Below are positions 37,270 through 41,936 of a stretch of 41,936 nt of DNA, one piece after another. The notes under the pieces are model-generated. The model worked only from the letters and a program-made list of their open reading frames with translations. It ran no database searches and was not told the origin of the DNA. The DNA is from Octopus bimaculoides. Its lineage: Eukaryota. The stretch's first letter is position 1. Each line of letters starts with the position of its first letter. Position numbers and translations under genes: made by a program. Where the stretch lies: the NCBI RefSeq assembly GCF_001194135.2, contig NC_068990.1, positions 83,626,951-83,668,886 on the forward strand, given 5' to 3'.

Positions 37270-37322
<53 letters not shown>

Positions 37323-38045
37323 GAAGCGACACAGCGAGACTATAAAAGCTAATACACAAACACATCACGTCTATTTGACAAAGACGCGCACACACATATA
37401 TATACACACATATAGACACACTGATACACATAGGGCGCACTCGCACAACCACACATATTTAGAGACAATGTTACGCATAGACGCACAATAAAATAATATA
37501 AATACACATACACACACTCAAATACTCACTGACGCCCAGGAAGAAAGACACGGGACAGGCACACGCGTGTACAAACACACACACACACACACACACACAC
37601 GTTAACTATAACACATACACTATTTGCTATACGTGCACACACACACACAGAGAAACTCATAGAGACAGACGAACACTGTCAGCCTCGCACGCGCTCACAC
37701 ACACACACAGAAACACACACACACACACAGAAACACACACACACACACACACATACTCATTAAGAGATATACATACACTATCACACGCTCACACCACTAA
37801 TTCGCACTTACATATACTCATAAGTGCACACACACACACACACACAAGCATAGATATATACACACACGTTAAGAGACGCGCACTGTCAGACAGATGCGTA
37901 CAGTAACACGCACATACACATATACATACACACATCCATACTCACATACATAAATGCATGCATACACGGTCACTTGTCCGCAAATACACCCACAAACATA
38001 CAAGCACATACGTATACTTGCACACTGACTCACTCACAAGCACAG

Positions 38046-38079
<34 letters not shown>

Positions 38080-38809
38080 AGGAACACTCATTCACATACA
38101 ACCTTATATGAACACACAGATTCTGTAAGAGAGAGAGATAGAGAGGGGGAGGAGGAGGAGGAGGAGGAAAAAGAGAGATTTGTAGAAACGGACAGACAAG
38201 CAGACAGAGAGATAGATTGAGTTAAAGTGAGGAGGAGTGAGAGGTGGCTGTTGTGGCGATGAGTGGGTTGACTCCTAATGAGTTGTTACAATTAGAAGCC
38301 AGCCCCACTCGGGATCAGCGCAGTCATAGCTCTATGCTGAGGATGTCGTGACAAAACTGGTGATTATTTCACAGCTTTTTCCAATGCCTGCTTTCCATTT
38401 CATTAACTACGGCCTACTTCACATACAGACACATCCGCGCATGCACGCACTCACGCACGCCTCTTGCATACATACATACCAAGCATACGTACACACATTC
38501 AAGCACACGCACACACATACATGTATGGCATGCACATATATGTACATACATACATACACACACGCATGTGCGCATGTAACTGCGTATATAGAAACACACA
38601 TACATATATGTATATACATAACATACATGTATAAATATAGATACATATATACACGCTTCTATATGTAAACACTCTCACACACATACATACATACACACAC
38701 GCGCGCGCACATATATACAATGAATATACACACATATGTGTATTAAAAATCTGAAAGAATGAGTCTCTTGATGGACCAGTTTGCAGGTCGCTCCTCAGAG
38801 AAGACTTAC

Positions 38810-38915
38810 GCGGATTTCTTCCTCGATCAATAAGTACAGGTTATTTGCAATATAGGAATAGTTATAAATTAGGAGGTACCTTAATTTACATGCTTGTTCT
38901 TTCGACAGCTCGCCA
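38810..38915 (-). CDS. Possible internal coding exon of an unidentified gene (GELSKEQACKLRYLLIYNYSYIANNLYLLIEEEIR)
   Basis: 106-nt non-repetitive segment bounded by TTCCAATTAG| and |GTAAGT with 35 open codons; no recognisable homology and no partner exons found. Confidence 0.3.
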
Positions 38916-39057
38916 CTAATTGGAAATATATATTTTATGCCGAAAAATGTGACAGAGAAAGTAGTTTGAAATTATCGTGGGTGAGTGGAGCTGCAACGTT
39001 TCGAAAAGTATCCATCTTAAAGATAATGATGATAGAAGAGAAATTAATGAACAAATA

Positions 39058-39385
39058 TCGGGTTCGATAAAATACGTACCAGTTGAGCAGTGGGGGTCAT
39101 TGTAATCGACCTTCACTTCCCCCGAAATTGCTGGCCTGGTGCTAAAACTTGAAACCATCGATATTAAGGTGGCGAGCTGGCAGAATCGTTAACACGCTGT
39201 GCAAAACGCTTAGCAACATTTCTTCCGACTCTTTAAGACTTCGGTTCAAATTCCGCCGACGTTGACTTTTGTCTTTGATCTTTTTGGAATCGATAAAATA
39301 AGTATCAATTGGACACTCTGATCGATGTAATCGACTTGCCGTTCCCTCGAAATTGCTGGCTTTGTGCCAAAATTTGAAAGCAATT
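39058..39385 (+). mobile_element. Two tandem SINE family A copies (3' fragment 39058-39160; full copy 39166-39385)
   Basis: AAGGTGGCGAGCTGGCAGAATCGTTAAC...GGTTCAAATTCCGCCGA...GAAATTGCTGGCTTTGTGCCAAAATTTGAAA. Confidence 0.88.
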
Positions 39386-39389
39386 TAGA

Positions 39390-39603
39390 GGTAGGTGTTG
39401 CTTTGGCAGCGAGAGTATTTAAAAGTGTTTGGTTGAGCATGACTAAGCGCTATGGAGCTTCTAACTAGGAGGTTGCCAAGGTTCCTATCGTTTTTGTTTC
39501 TTTTTTTTTTTTTGTAGGCGAGGAAGGTTGGTGCTGGAAAGACCGGAGCGGTCGTGGGATCAGAAAGAAGGATACGGAAGTTGCGGATAAGTTTGTGTTT
39601 CAA
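39390..39603 (-). mobile_element. Penelope-like element RT-to-endonuclease linker fragment
   Basis: KLIRNFRILLSDPTTAPVFPAPTFLAY[poly-A expansion]DRNLGNLLVRS matches the PLE linker pattern NF.IL..D....F..P..AY.R..NL...LVRS. Confidence 0.75.
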
Positions 39604-39639
39604 AATAATGGATTACTGATTGTCGGTGGTAATGATGTT

Positions 39640-39754
39640 GGTGCTTTCAGAAGACCAAGTGAAGCGGTAATTTTGGTGGTGGTGGTGCTACTGCTGCTGC
39701 TGGAGGTTGTTATTGTAATGGTTGCGAAAGCGTTGTTGTTGTTGTTGTTACTGT

Positions 39755-39786
<32 letters not shown>

Positions 39787-39813
39787 GTGGTGATGATGAT
39801 GGTGATGGTGGTA

Positions 39814-39858
<45 letters not shown>

Positions 39859-40289
39859 TACTCTTGCACTCTTGTACCCTCTTAAATACCAAACTTGGGA
39901 AATTCTCGTTCTTGTTATTTTTATTGTTGATGTTTTTGTTGTTGTTGCTATTGCTGTTGCTGGTGGTGGCGGTGGTGGCGGCGGCCTTATTATTATTATT
40001 ATTATTATTATTGTCTGTGTTATTCTTCATTACTGATCTGATGATTTTTAGTATTGTTTTTACTGATATTTTCAATATTGCAGTCGTCCTTGGAGTTCAC
40101 ATTTGTTGTTGTTGATGATGATAGTGGTGGTGGTGGTGGTGGTGGTGGTGGTGGTAGTGGTGTTTTTTTTCATGGAGGCTATTTTTGTTGGTATTGGTGC
40201 TGCTGCTTGTCGTCTGCTTCTTGTCGTCTGCTTATAAAGCAGACAACATAATTTCTTGTAGCAGGTAGTACACATACTGAAACGCTACT

Positions 40290-40338
<49 letters not shown>

Positions 40339-40923
40339 TCTGCTATCATTAACATTATTTTCTTCTGTTCCATTCTTTCACTGNNNNNNNNNNNNNNNNN
40401 NNNNNNNNNNNNNNNNNNNNNNNNNNNNNNNNNNNNNNNNNNNNNNNNNNNNNNNNNNNNNNNNNNNNNNNNNNNNNNNNNNNNNNNNNNNNNNNNNNNN
40501 NNNNNNNNNNNNNNNNNNNNNNNNNNNNNNNNNNNNNNNNNNNNNNNNNNNNNNNNNNNNNNNNNNNNNNNNNNNNNNNNNNNNNNNNNNNNNNNNNNNN
40601 NNNNNNNNNNNNNNNNNNNNNNNNNNNNNNNNNNNNNNNNNNNNNNNNNNNNNNNNNNNNNNNNNNNNNNNNNNNNNNNNNNNNNNNNNNNNNNNNNNNN
40701 NNNNNNNNNNNNNNNNNNNNNNNNNNNNNNNNNNNNNNNNNNNNNNNNNNNNNNNNNNNNNNNNNNNNNNNNNNNNNNNNNNNNNNNNNNNNNNNNNNNN
40801 NNNNNNNNNNNNNNNNNNNNNNNNNNNNNNNNNNNNNNNNNNNNNNNNNNNNNNNNNNNNNNNNNNNNNNNNNNNNNNNNNNNNNNNNNNNNNNNNNNNN
40901 NNNNNNNNNNNNNNNNNNNNNNT

Positions 40924-41020
<97 letters not shown>

Positions 41021-41936
41021 GATAAATTTCAGTTGGCATATTTTCTAGTCGTAGAAAATCCGTGCCTACAGATTCTCTAAATGTCATGATGATGATGATG
41101 ATGACGACGACGATGATGATGATGATGATGATGAGGATGATGATGATGATGACGACGATGACGACGACGACGATGATGATGATGACGATGATGGTTAGAA
41201 GAAAGAAAGCAAGAAAGAAAGAAAGCAAGAAAGAAAGAAAGAAAATACGCCGGCAGGAATACTTTTAGTGTAGGTCTCTTCGATAAGGATTGACCAAAGG
41301 CTAAGCAACAATAACAACATCAGCATCAGTAACAAGAACATCACCACCAGCACAACCTGCACCACCATCATCATCACCACCACCATCATCATCACCACCA
41401 CCATCAAAAACAGCAACACGTGCTTTACGGTCGAAGTTATTAATGCGTGTTCACGGGCCTAATGTTGGCCATGGATTTGTAATGGATTGCGAGGAGAGGA
41501 AGAATGGTTGGTTAACTAAAAGAAACACTGGTGATGGTAGTCACTGTCAACGTCCACCGCGACCCAACACCCAACTTTAACACCGCAGATTCCACAGATA
41601 ACAACAGCACTGACAACACCAACAATACTACGACCAATGCCACCACTACAACTACCACCTACACCACCACTACACACACAACAACAACAGCAACAGCAAC
41701 AATGACACCATCACGACGACCACCGCAGCTACCACCACTACAACCACTGGCATCACTATCATAATCACCACCACCACTACTACCACCACAACTATCACAA
41801 CCACCACCATCACCACAACAATTACTACCACCACAACAATCACTACCACCACAACTACAACTGCCGCAACTACAACCACTGCAACCAACACCATCACCAC
41901 CACCACCACCACCACCACCACAACTACAACCACCAC
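39640..41936. repeat. Trinucleotide microsatellite and low-complexity field (GAT, GGT, TTG, ATT, ACA, ACC)
   Basis: Directly visible; includes gap 40384-40922. Confidence 0.9.

Overview
Gappy eukaryotic, repeat-saturated DNA (13 N-gaps, very dense di-, tri- and tetranucleotide microsatellites). The SINE families and microsatellite density resemble an octopod cephalopod genome (inference, not verified). No confident host protein-coding gene is present; almost all ORFs in the track are microsatellite or N-gap artefacts. Recognisable content: more than 25 copies or fragments of three tRNA-headed SINE families, a Tc1/mariner transposase 5' fragment, an L1/Tx1-type RT fragment, a CR1/Jockey-group LINE 3' part, and several Penelope-like element (PLE) remnants. 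The most notable structure is at 29234-30005: a short element combining a Pol III tRNA-like head, an (AAT)n spacer and a minimal type I hammerhead-ribozyme fold. It is arranged head-to-head with an internally deleted inverted copy, is flanked by a 13-bp target-site duplication, and splits a PLE GIY-YIG ORF. At least four further hammerhead-like motifs, a perfect 72-bp palindrome and two adjacent pre-miRNA-sized hairpins are also present.
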